From a phage, in sequence record PZ445550.1: a stretch of DNA of 64,000 nt. One strand, 5' to 3'. The notes under the pieces are model-generated. The model had not been told where the DNA came from. It saw nothing but the letters and a program-made list of their open reading frames with translations, and did not search any database. Shown one piece after another: positions 20,420-30,140 of the stretch; position 1 is the first letter of the stretch, and every line of letters starts with the position of its first letter. Position numbers and translations under genes: made by a program.

Positions 20420-22773
20420 TGGCAGTAACTACTAAGATTATTGTACAACAGATATTAAATATTGATGATACTAAAGCTACTGCTAGTAAATTTCCTAGAT
20501 ACACTGTAACTCTAGGTAACTCTATTAGCTCTATTACTGCAAGTGAATTAGTATCCTCTATTGAGGCTGCGGCTAAATCAGCAGCAGCTGCAAAAGACTC
20601 TGAGATAGCTGCTAAGACTTCAGAGCTTAACGCTAAAGAGTCTGAGCAGGAAGCTGCTATTTCTGCTGGAGCTTCCGAAGCTTCTGCTACTCAGTCCGCT
20701 ACGTCTGCTACTCAGTCCGCTACGTCTGCTACTCAGTCCGCTACGTCTGCTACTAAATCTGCAGAATCAGCAGCCGCAGCAAAAACATCTGAGACTAATG
20801 CTAAGGCTAGTGAAACTAAGGCTAAAACTTCGGATACTAATGCTAAGACTAGTGAGACTAATACTAAGGCTAGTGAAACTAAGGCTAAAACTTCGGAGAC
20901 TAATGCTAAGACTAGTGAGACTAATGCTGCTGCCTCAGCTGCTGCTGCAAAAATTAGTGAAACTAAGGCCGCTGAATCTGCTGCCTCTGCTGCAGACTCT
21001 AAGGAGTTTAGAGATGAAGCAGAGACATTTGCTAGACAAGCTGCAGCATCTGCATCAGCTGCTAAGACTAGTGAGACTAATGCAAAAACGTCGGAAACTA
21101 GCGCAAAGTCTAGTGAGACAAAGGCTAAAGCTAGTGAAACTAATGCAGCTAGTTCTGCAACCTCAGCTAGCCAATCAGTAACCACTATTCAAGGTTTAAA
21201 ATCAGATGTTGAGAAACTAAAATCTGATACCCAAACCATCAAGAATAGTGCTGTGTCCGAAACAACCGCGTTAAAAGATCAAGCAGCTACTTCTGCAACT
21301 AATGCTGCAAACTCTGCTACTGAAGCTGGAAAACAAGCTACTAATGCTGCTATTAGTGCTAAAACTGCTAAGACCGAGGCTGATCGTTCGAAAACTGAAG
21401 CTGATAGATCAGAAGCTGCTGCCAATGCTACTCCTGATATTCAGCCTCTTCCAGATGTTTGGGCACCCCTTAATGACTCTCTAGATATGATTACTGGTTT
21501 TTCTCCTTCATATAAAAAGATAGTAATTGGAGATGATGAAATAACCATCCCTAGTGATAAAGCTATAAAATTTAAACGTGCTTCTGCTGCTACATACGTA
21601 GATAAATCTGGCATGTATAGTGTAGCAGAAACTGATGAACCTAGATTTGAGAAATTAGGTATGCTAATAGAGGGGCAACGAACTAACCTTCTAATTAATA
21701 GTACTAACCCAAGTAAATGGAATAAATCCTCAAACCTTGAACTATCAGCATCTGGTAACGATACTTATGGCTTTCCTTTCGGTAAGTTTACAGTAAAACC
21801 TGCTTTAATAGGACAAACATCAGCTATTAATATAGTAACAGTATCTGGAAGTAAGGGTTTTGATGTTACTGGAAGTGAAAAGTATGTAACTATATCCTGT
21901 AGGGTACAAAGTGGTACTGCAAATTTAAGATGCAGACTTAGATTTGAAAACTATGACGGGTCTGTTTATACTTTTTTAGGTGATGCATACCTGAACCTAT
22001 CTACTCTCGAGATTGAATACACTGGGACTAGGGCTAGCGATATAACAGCTAGTGCAGTAAAGGATTATGGTAGTAAGTGGATATACTACCAGGCTACAAT
22101 TAAATCCCAAGATACTGATAGTATGATTGGTGCTATGGTTCAGTATGCACCTGCTAAGGGTCTTGGTACATTAGAAGGTGATTATATTTACGTATCTACT
22201 CCCCAAGTAGAAGGAGGTCTACGTGCGTCGTCTTTTATTATAACAGAAACTGTACCTGTTACAAGAGCTAGTGATATAGTTACTTTTCCTATTAAAAATA
22301 ATTGGTGTTCACCAGCATTAAGTGCTTTAGTAGAGGTTAATACTAATTGGGATGGTGGAGATATGCCAAATAGAACTGGTGCAGCAAGAATATTAAATGT
22401 ATCAACCGTCGGAGACGCTACAAATATAACAGATGAAAGTTATATGTACTTGGGCTTTGTTTCCTACGGTAATAAAGCAATTATTACAAATGGTAAAGGT
22501 ACAGCTCCAGAGATCAAAAGTGACTTAGCAAGATCTGGTAGGCATAATATCATTGGGTTTATATTTAAAGATAATAGAGAATTACAGGTTGTAGTTGATG
22601 GTGCTCTAGGCCCGGTGGCTACATCTCCCTATTATAGACAAAAATATAGTGATGGATTAATAAATATAGGCGGACAAACCACAGCAGGTACACGTCATAT
22701 GTTTGGACATATAAGAAACCTTCGTATTTGGCACAGGGCTCTTACTGCTAAACAGGTAAAGGAGTATATATGA
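20419..22773 (+). CDS. ltfA: L-shaped tail fibre protein A (no C-terminal chaperone domain)
   Basis: N-terminus resembles T5 pb1 (ITASKFPRYTV...SSITASE...); long Ala/Thr/Ser repeat block (SATQSAT..., AKTSETNAK...); 784 aa versus about 1396 for T5 pb1. Confidence 0.75.
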   Translation: MAVTTKIIVQQILNIDDTKATASKFPRYTVTLGNSISSITASELVSSIEAAAKSAAAAKDSEIAAKTSELNAKESEQEAAISAGASEASATQSATSATQSATSATQSATSATKSAESAAAAKTSETNAKASETKAKTSDTNAKTSETNTKASETKAKTSETNAKTSETNAAASAAAAKISETKAAESAASAADSKEFRDEAETFARQAAASASAAKTSETNAKTSETSAKSSETKAKASETNAASSATSASQSVTTIQGLKSDVEKLKSDTQTIKNSAVSETTALKDQAATSATNAANSATEAGKQATNAAISAKTAKTEADRSKTEADRSEAAANATPDIQPLPDVWAPLNDSLDMITGFSPSYKKIVIGDDEITIPSDKAIKFKRASAATYVDKSGMYSVAETDEPRFEKLGMLIEGQRTNLLINSTNPSKWNKSSNLELSASGNDTYGFPFGKFTVKPALIGQTSAINIVTVSGSKGFDVTGSEKYVTISCRVQSGTANLRCRLRFENYDGSVYTFLGDAYLNLSTLEIEYTGTRASDITASAVKDYGSKWIYYQATIKSQDTDSMIGAMVQYAPAKGLGTLEGDYIYVSTPQVEGGLRASSFIITETVPVTRASDIVTFPIKNNWCSPALSALVEVNTNWDGGDMPNRTGAARILNVSTVGDATNITDESYMYLGFVSYGNKAIITNGKGTAPEIKSDLARSGRHNIIGFIFKDNRELQVVVDGALGPVATSPYYRQKYSDGLINIGGQTTAGTRHMFGHIRNLRIWHRALTAKQVKEYI
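20693..20765 (+). repeat. 21-bp direct tandem repeat (3 copies plus partial) inside ltfA
   Basis: TCTGCTACTCAGTCCGCTACG repeated head-to-tail; encodes SATQSAT heptads. Confidence 0.85.
20806..20931 (+). repeat. 63-bp direct tandem repeat (2 copies) inside ltfA
   Basis: GCTAGTGAAACTAAGGCTAAAACTTCGGA(T/G)ACTAATGCTAAGACTAGTGAGACTAAT... duplicated with a few mismatches. Confidence 0.8.
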
Positions 22774-23048
22774 AAGATATTACTTTAAGATTTAAGGATA
22801 AGGCAACGTACAAAAATTTCCTTATCCAAATAGAGTGGGATACTAATGAAAATCTTCAAAACTATATAATGCTAGATGAGATTGGCTACACGTATACTGA
22901 AACTTCCCAGCCAGGTGACGAGGAGCCGACATATATTCGTAATGAAGGATATTATGTTAATGTAAGGATTCTTGATGAATCCTTTACTTACTCATACTTT
23001 GAGCCTTTTATAGTTCAATTAGATCAGCCACTTCGTGAGTGGGCATAA
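22770..23048 (+). CDS. Hypothetical small protein between the two tail fibre genes
   Basis: 92-aa ORF overlapping the ltfA stop. Confidence 0.4.
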   Translation: MKDITLRFKDKATYKNFLIQIEWDTNENLQNYIMLDEIGYTYTETSQPGDEEPTYIRNEGYYVNVRILDESFTYSYFEPFIVQLDQPLREWA

Positions 23049-23057
23049 GGAGGTATT

Positions 23058-24806
23058 ATGGCCACAATAACTAATATACCAGCTGATATAACCAATCTTA
23101 AGGCTAATCAGTTAAATAAAAATAATAACTTAAGCGACTTAGCAGATAGGGCTGCTGCATGGTTAAACGTCCGGCCCATCGGATCTACTCCACTTGCCGG
23201 AGACCCTGTTGCCGATTATGATGCTGCGACTAAGCGTTGGGTCGAGAACTTAGTAAATATAGGTACTGTTGGCCCAACTATGAATGGTGTTATGAACTAT
23301 GGAGTTGGTGATTTCCACTTACGAGATAGTCGAGCATATAAGCAGCCGTATGAAGTTTTTTCGGACGGTCAATTACTCAACCGTGCAGACTGGCCTGAGC
23401 TTTGGGCTTACGCGCAGATGCTATCGCCTATTGCCGATGCCGACTGGCTTGCGGACCCTTTAAAACGTGGGAAGTATTCGCTTGGTAATGGAACCACAAC
23501 ATTTCGTGTACCAGACCGTAACGGTGTTCAGACAGGAAGTGTTCGTGCACTATTTGCGCGTGGTGATGGCGGGAATTCTTCAATCAACGGCACTATAATG
23601 GAGTCATTCGCGCCTAACATCATTGGCGCAATTGGATTTCACGGAAGTCAATCAGATGGAAGTGGTGCGACTGTTCTGGCATCAGCATCAGGCAGTGCAT
23701 ATGTGGATAGCACGCAAAACAAGTATGTTAACGCTGCAACGCTGTATAACCCTGCGGCAAAATCTTATGGTTCAGTAAGAATTGATGCATCAAGATCAAG
23801 TCCTGCATATGGTCGCAACAATCTTAATACTGACGAGATATTGCCGCGCAACTTCACTGGTGTGTGGGTAATTCGCGCATCCGGTGGATTTGTGGCCGCA
23901 AATACATCTTGGTCTGTTATTGATTCAGATAGCGTAAGACCAAGCTCGTCTACTAGAGTCAGTTCTGGTAAAGTTTTAGCACAGTACAAAATAGGGCAAA
24001 GTCTTGAAGCACAAGCAGAGTTCCGTTCAGATGCTTATATAGATGGCATGTATTACGCCATTATATCTACATATAATAAAACAAAAGGTGTAACAAAAGA
24101 ACTAGCATTTGATGATTCGGGGTTATTAAATTCTGACAGATATAGGGCTCGCTACGGGACTATGATGGCTTGGAGTGAAACAGGTCGTGTTAAAGGTACA
24201 TTTAGTATTGAAGACCAGGCTATTGGCGCGAACTACGCTTTTAACAGCCTTCTTAGTGGTGCTCAATCCAGTCAAGGAGGCTATAAAACTTCGTGTCATT
24301 GGGGGATGATTCACCATAATGCGACATCTTTTGCGCAATCTGTATGGCATATTAGTGGAGATGCTGATAATGCTTATGGTGTTCGTGTTGGTATCCAACC
24401 ATTGAATTCTGATATTTATTTTCACAAATGGCAGCCCGGATCTGAAGAAACATATACTTTACAAAAGAATGCAACTTCAGATAAACGCCTTAAACATTCT
24501 ATAGAAAATACAACTGTTGAAAAAGCTTTAGAAAACATCAAAAATCTAAACTTTGTAACATTTATATATAATAACGACAGTCTACAACGTGTAAGAAGAG
24601 GTGTTATTGCTCAGGAAACAGAAGTCATAGAACCTCTTTATGTTAAAACCAGAAAATTTTATGATAACAGTGGGATAGAACAGGAACAAAAAGAACTTGA
24701 TACAACTCCAATGTTGCTTGATACCATACATGTCGTACAAGCACTTATAGAAAGGATTGAAGATTTAGAGGAAGAACTCAAACAATTAAAAGTACAACTA
24801 GTATAG
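23058..24806 (+). CDS. ltfB: Tail fibre protein B with C-terminal intramolecular chaperone (S74-like) domain
   Basis: N-terminus ATITNIPADITNLKANQLNKNNNLSDLADRAAAWLNVRP; C-terminus has SDKRLKH motif and coiled coil typical of self-cleaving chaperone domains. Confidence 0.7.
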   Translation: MATITNIPADITNLKANQLNKNNNLSDLADRAAAWLNVRPIGSTPLAGDPVADYDAATKRWVENLVNIGTVGPTMNGVMNYGVGDFHLRDSRAYKQPYEVFSDGQLLNRADWPELWAYAQMLSPIADADWLADPLKRGKYSLGNGTTTFRVPDRNGVQTGSVRALFARGDGGNSSINGTIMESFAPNIIGAIGFHGSQSDGSGATVLASASGSAYVDSTQNKYVNAATLYNPAAKSYGSVRIDASRSSPAYGRNNLNTDEILPRNFTGVWVIRASGGFVAANTSWSVIDSDSVRPSSSTRVSSGKVLAQYKIGQSLEAQAEFRSDAYIDGMYYAIISTYNKTKGVTKELAFDDSGLLNSDRYRARYGTMMAWSETGRVKGTFSIEDQAIGANYAFNSLLSGAQSSQGGYKTSCHWGMIHHNATSFAQSVWHISGDADNAYGVRVGIQPLNSDIYFHKWQPGSEETYTLQKNATSDKRLKHSIENTTVEKALENIKNLNFVTFIYNNDSLQRVRRGVIAQETEVIEPLYVKTRKFYDNSGIEQEQKELDTTPMLLDTIHVVQALIERIEDLEEELKQLKVQLV

Positions 24807-24815
24807 TAATAAAAG

Positions 24816-24848
24816 AAAACCCCAGTGAATAATTCACTGGGGTTTATT
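24816..24848. terminator. Bidirectional rho-independent terminator between convergent late and early modules
   Basis: Perfect palindrome AACCCCAGTGAAT/AATTCACTGGGGTT with A-run upstream and T-run downstream. Confidence 0.75.
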
Positions 24849-24850
24849 GT

Positions 24851-25114
24851 TTATCCCTTACAACTTTCTATAATACCAAGATTATAAATGGCTAATAGTA
24901 GTTTTAAATGCTCATTGTTGCTATTAGTACAAAGCTCTATAAAACCTTCGGCATCCCAAAAAATAACATTACCTTCTTTATCTGTTTTTAACACAATCTT
25001 TTCAGGTTCAATAGTTTTAATCGTATAATAGCTTGGCTTAATAGTATCAATGCCTACCATACTAGGATCAGTAAGATTATTTGCTTCCTGAACTTCCAAA
25101 CCCGCCTTCCCCAC
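24851..25114 (-). CDS. Hypothetical protein
   Basis: 87-aa ORF; alternative start at 25060 with AGGAAG ribosome-binding site avoids overlap with dut. Confidence 0.35.
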   Translation of the reverse strand: MGKAGLEVQEANNLTDPSMVGIDTIKPSYYTIKTIEPEKIVLKTDKEGNVIFWDAEGFIELCTNSNNEHLKLLLAIYNLGIIESCKG

Positions 25115-25523
25115 GATAGGTCTCCTCTAGCTTATCAACTATTTCAAAATTATGAGTTGAGTAGTGTGGTACTACTACTAATTGACAAAGTCTTTCGAAA
25201 TTCTCTAAAGTTTGAATTTCAGAACCGTAATTGAACAGATTCATCTTAATAGTTCCACGGTAGTCTGAGTCGATCACTCCTGCGGTATTTGCAATCATCA
25301 AATGACGTTTACCTAAAGAACTACGAGGAACTACTAAACCGAACCAGCCTCGCGGAATTTCTACCGCGACACCGGTGTCAATCATTAGGGATTTGCCTGG
25401 AGCAATAGCACGTAAATCTGCTGCTGGATTAGTACCAAAAAATGCTCGTAAATCCATACCTGCTGCATCATCAGAACCAATTTTAGGCATACAATCTGGA
25501 TGGGTTAGTTTAATTTTAATCAT
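25077..25523 (-). CDS. dut: dUTP pyrophosphatase
   Basis: 148 aa; dUTPase motifs AGMDLRA, IANTAGVIDSDYRG, RGEGGFGSSG. Confidence 0.9.
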   Translation of the reverse strand: MIKIKLTHPDCMPKIGSDDAAGMDLRAFFGTNPAADLRAIAPGKSLMIDTGVAVEIPRGWFGLVVPRSSLGKRHLMIANTAGVIDSDYRGTIKMNLFNYGSEIQTLENFERLCQLVVVPHYSTHNFEIVDKLEETYRGEGGFGSSGSK

Positions 25524-26395
25524 TGTCCTGCAATCTCCAAAATATCTTTTGTAAATTTATCTAATACATCTTGTCCTACAGCAGCAATAGCATCTACACA
25601 GTAGGTTGGTAAATCAACTAAAATCAAGTTTCGGAATAGTAGTTCTTCCGATGCATTTAGATTTTGAATATATTTCTGTTTCCCAGGGAGTGGAAGTTGG
25701 TCTATAATATCTAATACATTACCAAACTCACGTATAATATTATATCCACGTTTTGCACCTATACCTTCTACTCCGCGAATATTATCTCCAAGATCTCCCA
25801 TAATTGCTTTTAAGGAAATGAACTGCTCAACATCATCAACATTATGATGTTCATACATATCACGTAAGTGATACTCACGACGAGTGGTAAAGGAGAAACG
25901 AGAAACTTTATCTGTTAATAATGTATCCCAGTCACCATCAGTAGAGATTAACCAAACATGATCATATAGATGACCTATGAGCTTAACAATATAAGCAGCC
26001 ATATCATCTGCTTCTACACCACGAATAGTAAAAGTTGGGAATGTAGTTTCACACAGCTCAAAAGCATCTCGTAGATACTCGAAGAATTGTTCATCTAGTG
26101 CTTTCTCTTCTTCGGTGCGCTGTGCATATTTTTCATCACGATTTCCTTTATACTCTGGCAGATGTTCTAGGCGAAATACAGATTTACCCTTATCACCAAG
26201 AACAATAGTAGTTCTAGCAGAATAAGACTTCGCTAGAGATTGGATAGTTGAAACGTAACTAGAAGCAAACGGTTTCTTACTATTATTATGCTTAAAACGG
26301 AAACCTAAGTTAGTTCCATCAACAATCATGAGATTACGACGAGAGGCCATTTCAGCCTCCTCTTCTTCAATAAATTTTCCCCAGGATTTGCTCAT
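25520..26395 (-). CDS. Flap endonuclease / 5'-3' exonuclease (T5 D15-like)
   Basis: 291 aa, same length as T5 D15; motifs MIVDGTNLGFR, GDKGKSVFR, helix-hairpin-helix GIGAKRG. Confidence 0.9.
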   Translation of the reverse strand: MSKSWGKFIEEEEAEMASRRNLMIVDGTNLGFRFKHNNSKKPFASSYVSTIQSLAKSYSARTTIVLGDKGKSVFRLEHLPEYKGNRDEKYAQRTEEEKALDEQFFEYLRDAFELCETTFPTFTIRGVEADDMAAYIVKLIGHLYDHVWLISTDGDWDTLLTDKVSRFSFTTRREYHLRDMYEHHNVDDVEQFISLKAIMGDLGDNIRGVEGIGAKRGYNIIREFGNVLDIIDQLPLPGKQKYIQNLNASEELLFRNLILVDLPTYCVDAIAAVGQDVLDKFTKDILEIAGQ

Positions 26396-26877
26396 TATTT
26401 AATTAAGTCCTCAACAGATGCATGATGTAGCCACGGCTCAAATAAACCAATTACGATTTCCATGTCCTTCTTATTTAACACCATATGGGTACGACTCATT
26501 AAGTTGTCTACCATCGGGTCAGAACTATCTAAAGCAATTAACCACTGCCCTCTGTCTTTTTTAAATATTAATGCAGGTTTGGAGTTCATCTGCTCACCTT
26601 CACGCGAGCATTGCTGCCACCACTTCTCAAGAGTGGATTCCCCAACATTAAATAAATTACTTGATATATTATCATCTTTATACCACTTAACTTCGAAGCA
26701 GTATTTACTAATGTGTCCGCTTTGTGGTGGAAGGTAGATATCACCCTTCAGTCCATGGCTCTGGCCAAAAGCACCAGAGCCAGGAACACGTTCCCACTCA
26801 AGACCTGTACGTTCGCGTAAAATATCTCTTACTTGATATTCTCCACGTTTACCTTTCTCTCTACTGTCTACAGCCAT
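26395..26877 (-). CDS. D14-like protein, putative PD-(D/E)xK nuclease
   Basis: 160 aa; D...EVK arrangement (GDIY...CFEVKWYKD) compatible with a restriction-endonuclease-like fold. Confidence 0.45.
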   Translation of the reverse strand: MAVDSREKGKRGEYQVRDILRERTGLEWERVPGSGAFGQSHGLKGDIYLPPQSGHISKYCFEVKWYKDDNISSNLFNVGESTLEKWWQQCSREGEQMNSKPALIFKKDRGQWLIALDSSDPMVDNLMSRTHMVLNKKDMEIVIGLFEPWLHHASVEDLIK

Positions 26878-26880
26878 ATT

Positions 26881-28719
26881 TTATTCTAAGTAGGAAAATC
26901 CTTCTGCATCTTTTTTGACAGTAATCTTATGAGCTAATGGATGCGTATGCCCATGAGAAACAATGATAGAGTTTAGACTTTCTTCTTCGTTTAGCAACTC
27001 AACAAGGGTATCGAGTCCTTTTGTATCAATAAAGCTAATTACTTCGTCAAGGAACAGAAGATTAATATTAACTTTACTAATAGATGTTAACAACATTCTA
27101 ATAGCTAACAGAGTTGCTAGATTGATTCTACTTTGCTGACCAGTAGAGCAGTTCTCCATGCTGGTACGGTTTCCATCATTGAAGATTACTACTTGTAATT
27201 TCGTTTCATCAAGTTCAAATCCAAGTGCGAACTTACCACCAGTCATAATAGAAAGATATTTATTAATTAATTCCTCAAATACTTTCACACTATGCTCTAG
27301 TTTATATCCTACCAAATTTTTCAGTGCAGCAATTAAAACATCAAGATCAGCAACAGCTTCTGATACTTCATTCAATTTGGAAGTAATCTCAGACATTTCT
27401 GCTTCAGCTTTCTCAATTTGTTCTAATCTTGCTTTATACTTTGCATTGGCTAACTCGACATTTGCATTATGCTCTTTAGCAATTGCAACCCTAGAACGTC
27501 CATCTGCTATTTCTTTTTCTAATTGTCGGATTTGCACCAGTAGGTTCTGCACATTGAGTTCTTCAAAAGAAACATCACTCATTGAATTTTTAAACTCATC
27601 TCTAGCCGCTACTGCTCTATCTAAGGAATCCTTAGCCCTATTATATGCAGTATACTCAAGTTGCTCTTTCTTCAACTGCTCGAGTTTAGCTTCAAGAGAT
27701 TGTTTCTCTTTGAACAGAGGATCATATTCTGTTCTAGCCATATCCATTGCTTTTTGAGCAGCAGTTGTATCTAGATGAGTACCACAAGTAGGACATTCAG
27801 TATTTGAAGCCTCTTGTTTAAATTTCTGATAACGTTTCTTGACTTCTCCCGCACGTGAGGTCACAATCGTTAGGTCACGCGTAACACTCGAGATTTCTTC
27901 GTTTTGGTCGGTGGGCGCAAGTAAATTTTTGAAGGGTTCGAAAGATTGTTCGGCAACTTGTACAGCTTTGTCCAAATTACGCAATTTAGTAATATTAGCC
28001 TCTTGTGCTTTGGCTAATGCCGCCTTAATTTTCGATTCAGTAAGCTCTTGTGCTAACGGTTCTTCATCAAACTCTGGAACTTCAACAGGCTCCTGTAAAC
28101 TTCCTAGACTATTTTTATTACTAAGGATTTTCGTAATTACAGCCATTTGGCCTTGCAAGTTATTTAAAGTATTTGCTACTTCTTTACGATCGGCCTTAAT
28201 AGTTTCCGACATTTCTTTGTACTGTTCTTGATTGAACAGATTAACAAGAAAAGCCTTACGCGTTGCATCTGTTGCTTTTAAGAAGTCTAGGTTTGAACCC
28301 ACGGATTGATAAATTAGTTTGGTGAATGTTTGGAAATCACCGCCCATAATCTCTTCAATCATCTTGTATGTTTGGGTTGCCGTGTGCCCACTAATATCTT
28401 CCCCGTTCTTAATAAGAGTGACTTTAGCGGTTGATTTAACTACTTTATGCAGTTCATACTCATCTTCATCCTTAGAAAAGTAAGCATGCATATCGTACTC
28501 TTTCTTAGGAGAAGACCAAGAAAATAAAGCGTCCTTCTTAATACCACGAGAGTTTTTATTATAAAATAACTCTTCAATAACAGTGGCAATAGTAGACTTT
28601 CCTAGTCCATTTCCGCCAATTAATTGAGTAACTGGATTTTTATCGAAATGAATTACGATGTCCTTACCGTAAGACATAACATTACTAAATTTTAGTGTCT
28701 TAATTGTAATCTTTGACAT
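26881..28719 (-). CDS. sbcC: SbcC/Rad50-like ATPase (T5 D13-like)
   Basis: Walker A GGNGLGKST, long central coiled coil with CxxC hook (CPTCG), D-loop LLFLDEVISFID; start at internal ATG 28719. Confidence 0.8.
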   Translation of the reverse strand: MSKITIKTLKFSNVMSYGKDIVIHFDKNPVTQLIGGNGLGKSTIATVIEELFYNKNSRGIKKDALFSWSSPKKEYDMHAYFSKDEDEYELHKVVKSTAKVTLIKNGEDISGHTATQTYKMIEEIMGGDFQTFTKLIYQSVGSNLDFLKATDATRKAFLVNLFNQEQYKEMSETIKADRKEVANTLNNLQGQMAVITKILSNKNSLGSLQEPVEVPEFDEEPLAQELTESKIKAALAKAQEANITKLRNLDKAVQVAEQSFEPFKNLLAPTDQNEEISSVTRDLTIVTSRAGEVKKRYQKFKQEASNTECPTCGTHLDTTAAQKAMDMARTEYDPLFKEKQSLEAKLEQLKKEQLEYTAYNRAKDSLDRAVAARDEFKNSMSDVSFEELNVQNLLVQIRQLEKEIADGRSRVAIAKEHNANVELANAKYKARLEQIEKAEAEMSEITSKLNEVSEAVADLDVLIAALKNLVGYKLEHSVKVFEELINKYLSIMTGGKFALGFELDETKLQVVIFNDGNRTSMENCSTGQQSRINLATLLAIRMLLTSISKVNINLLFLDEVISFIDTKGLDTLVELLNEEESLNSIIVSHGHTHPLAHKITVKKDAEGFSYLE

Positions 28720-29677
28720 ATTTCGCAGCTCTAGCCAAGATTCGATCAATGTCGTCCTGAGATAGCTTCTCGACCTCACGGAAGTAAAGTTCAAGTTCGC
28801 CCAACATATCAAGATCAACAAGATTTAACTTAGCGTCTTTAGTAACTCGATGATTAATCTTCTTATCTAATAAATCAGAGTCTTTGATAGACTTTAATTG
28901 AACAACATCACCAGTAACTTCATAGATTACGCGATCATAATCACTAGGTTCCATTTCTTCACCAACCCCGATTGTTTTACGAATCAGTTGTGGCAAATCA
29001 CCAAGTTCAATCCATTCTACTTTTAACGTATCAGTATCAATGATAAAGCAACCATTTGTACCTTTTGTGCGTTCTCTGTGGAACGATGTAGTTAATGGGG
29101 AGCCTGGGTAAAGAAGTCTAGTAGATCCTATAGTCTGGCTATTAGTATAAGAATGTAAATCGCCAGCAATTACAGTATCATAACAGTTGTACTTAGTTAG
29201 ATCGATTTCTGGTTTTACATGTGGAGGGATTTCACCACGAACATGCGTGAAACATAGTTTTGATTTAGATGGTTTCCATTTAGATTTATGGACTTCATCA
29301 TAGGGAACAATATCAAATTCAGGAGAGCGATAGGGTTTGGTAATTACTTCCCATTTTCCACTAGTTACTTTATTAATAACTCCCGCATAATGATATAGAC
29401 ATGAAATAGTTTTAGTTAACATTTCATGGTTTCCCGTGAAGATTTTACCTGGATGATCAAGTCTTGACATGAACTGTTCTAACAGTTCTATTTCTTCCGA
29501 CGATGGGTCGGCAACATCAAGTATATCACCACCAGCAATATGAAGATCACAGTTATGATTATGGAATATATCATTTAACCGTTCTCCTAGCATCAAGAAG
29601 CGACGCTTCTGCCATTCTTTAGGTATCTTATCTTGGCCCAGCTTAATATGATGATCAGCACTAAATAGTATTTTCAC
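28700..29677 (-). CDS. sbcD: SbcD/Mre11-like nuclease (T5 D12-like)
   Basis: Calcineurin-like phosphoesterase motifs SADHH, GGDILD, GNHE; immediately upstream of the SbcC-like gene. Confidence 0.85.
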   Translation of the reverse strand: MKILFSADHHIKLGQDKIPKEWQKRRFLMLGERLNDIFHNHNCDLHIAGGDILDVADPSSEEIELLEQFMSRLDHPGKIFTGNHEMLTKTISCLYHYAGVINKVTSGKWEVITKPYRSPEFDIVPYDEVHKSKWKPSKSKLCFTHVRGEIPPHVKPEIDLTKYNCYDTVIAGDLHSYTNSQTIGSTRLLYPGSPLTTSFHRERTKGTNGCFIIDTDTLKVEWIELGDLPQLIRKTIGVGEEMEPSDYDRVIYEVTGDVVQLKSIKDSDLLDKKINHRVTKDAKLNLVDLDMLGELELYFREVEKLSQDDIDRILARAAKYVKDYN

Positions 29678-30137
29678 TTAATAGACTATCATATACTGCA
29701 TTTGCTACAGTCTCTGCTTCATGTATGGAATCTGTGTACCCATAATGCTTACCTTTAATTTGAACAAAATATCTACCAGTTGAATGTTTTAAGAAAACAC
29801 CTTTTGGTAATTCTTTATTACTATTCTTGTTTCTATTCAACTGATTGCGTGACTTAGAAGAGTCTAGTAAATTATCTATGGCATTATTTAATGGATTCCT
29901 ATCCTTGTGGTCAATTTCTTCTGGAATATATCCATACACATATAAGAAAGCTAGCTGATGTGCTTTGTACCTTTTACCATCAATTCGGATTTCCAATCTG
30001 ATATAGTTATCAGATACCCATACTTCCGTCCCTGCTATGGAGCCTTTTGATACTCTTCCCCTTGAGACTTTCCATCTAAATATACCAGTTGGAGGGTCAT
30101 AGTCCAATAACTCTTTAAGTCTATCTTGTGTAATCAT
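29661..30137 (-). CDS. HNH homing endonuclease (NUMOD4-like N-terminus plus HNH_3)
   Basis: LDYDPPTGIFRWK and IDHKDRNPLNNAIDNL motifs; inserted between D11-like and sbcD; preceded by a terminator. Confidence 0.75.
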   Translation of the reverse strand: MITQDRLKELLDYDPPTGIFRWKVSRGRVSKGSIAGTEVWVSDNYIRLEIRIDGKRYKAHQLAFLYVYGYIPEEIDHKDRNPLNNAIDNLLDSSKSRNQLNRNKNSNKELPKGVFLKHSTGRYFVQIKGKHYGYTDSIHEAETVANAVYDSLLSENTI

Positions 30138-30140
30138 AAA

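Noticed and set aside
20733-21185. 150-aa minus-strand and 127-aa + strand ORFs across the ltfA repeat block
   Set aside because: Open frames are an artefact of the low-complexity Ala/Ser/Thr-coding tandem repeats; translations are poly-Leu/Ala/Val with no start context.
26462-26918. Two + strand ORFs (91 and 64 aa) antisense to the D14-like and SbcC-like genes
   Set aside because: Antisense to well-supported early CDSs on the opposite strand; no promoter or ribosome-binding site in the right orientation.
27158-28231. 199-aa and 130-aa + strand ORFs inside the SbcC-like gene
   Set aside because: Antisense to the coiled-coil region of SbcC; Ser/Leu-rich translations typical of a reverse-strand artefact.
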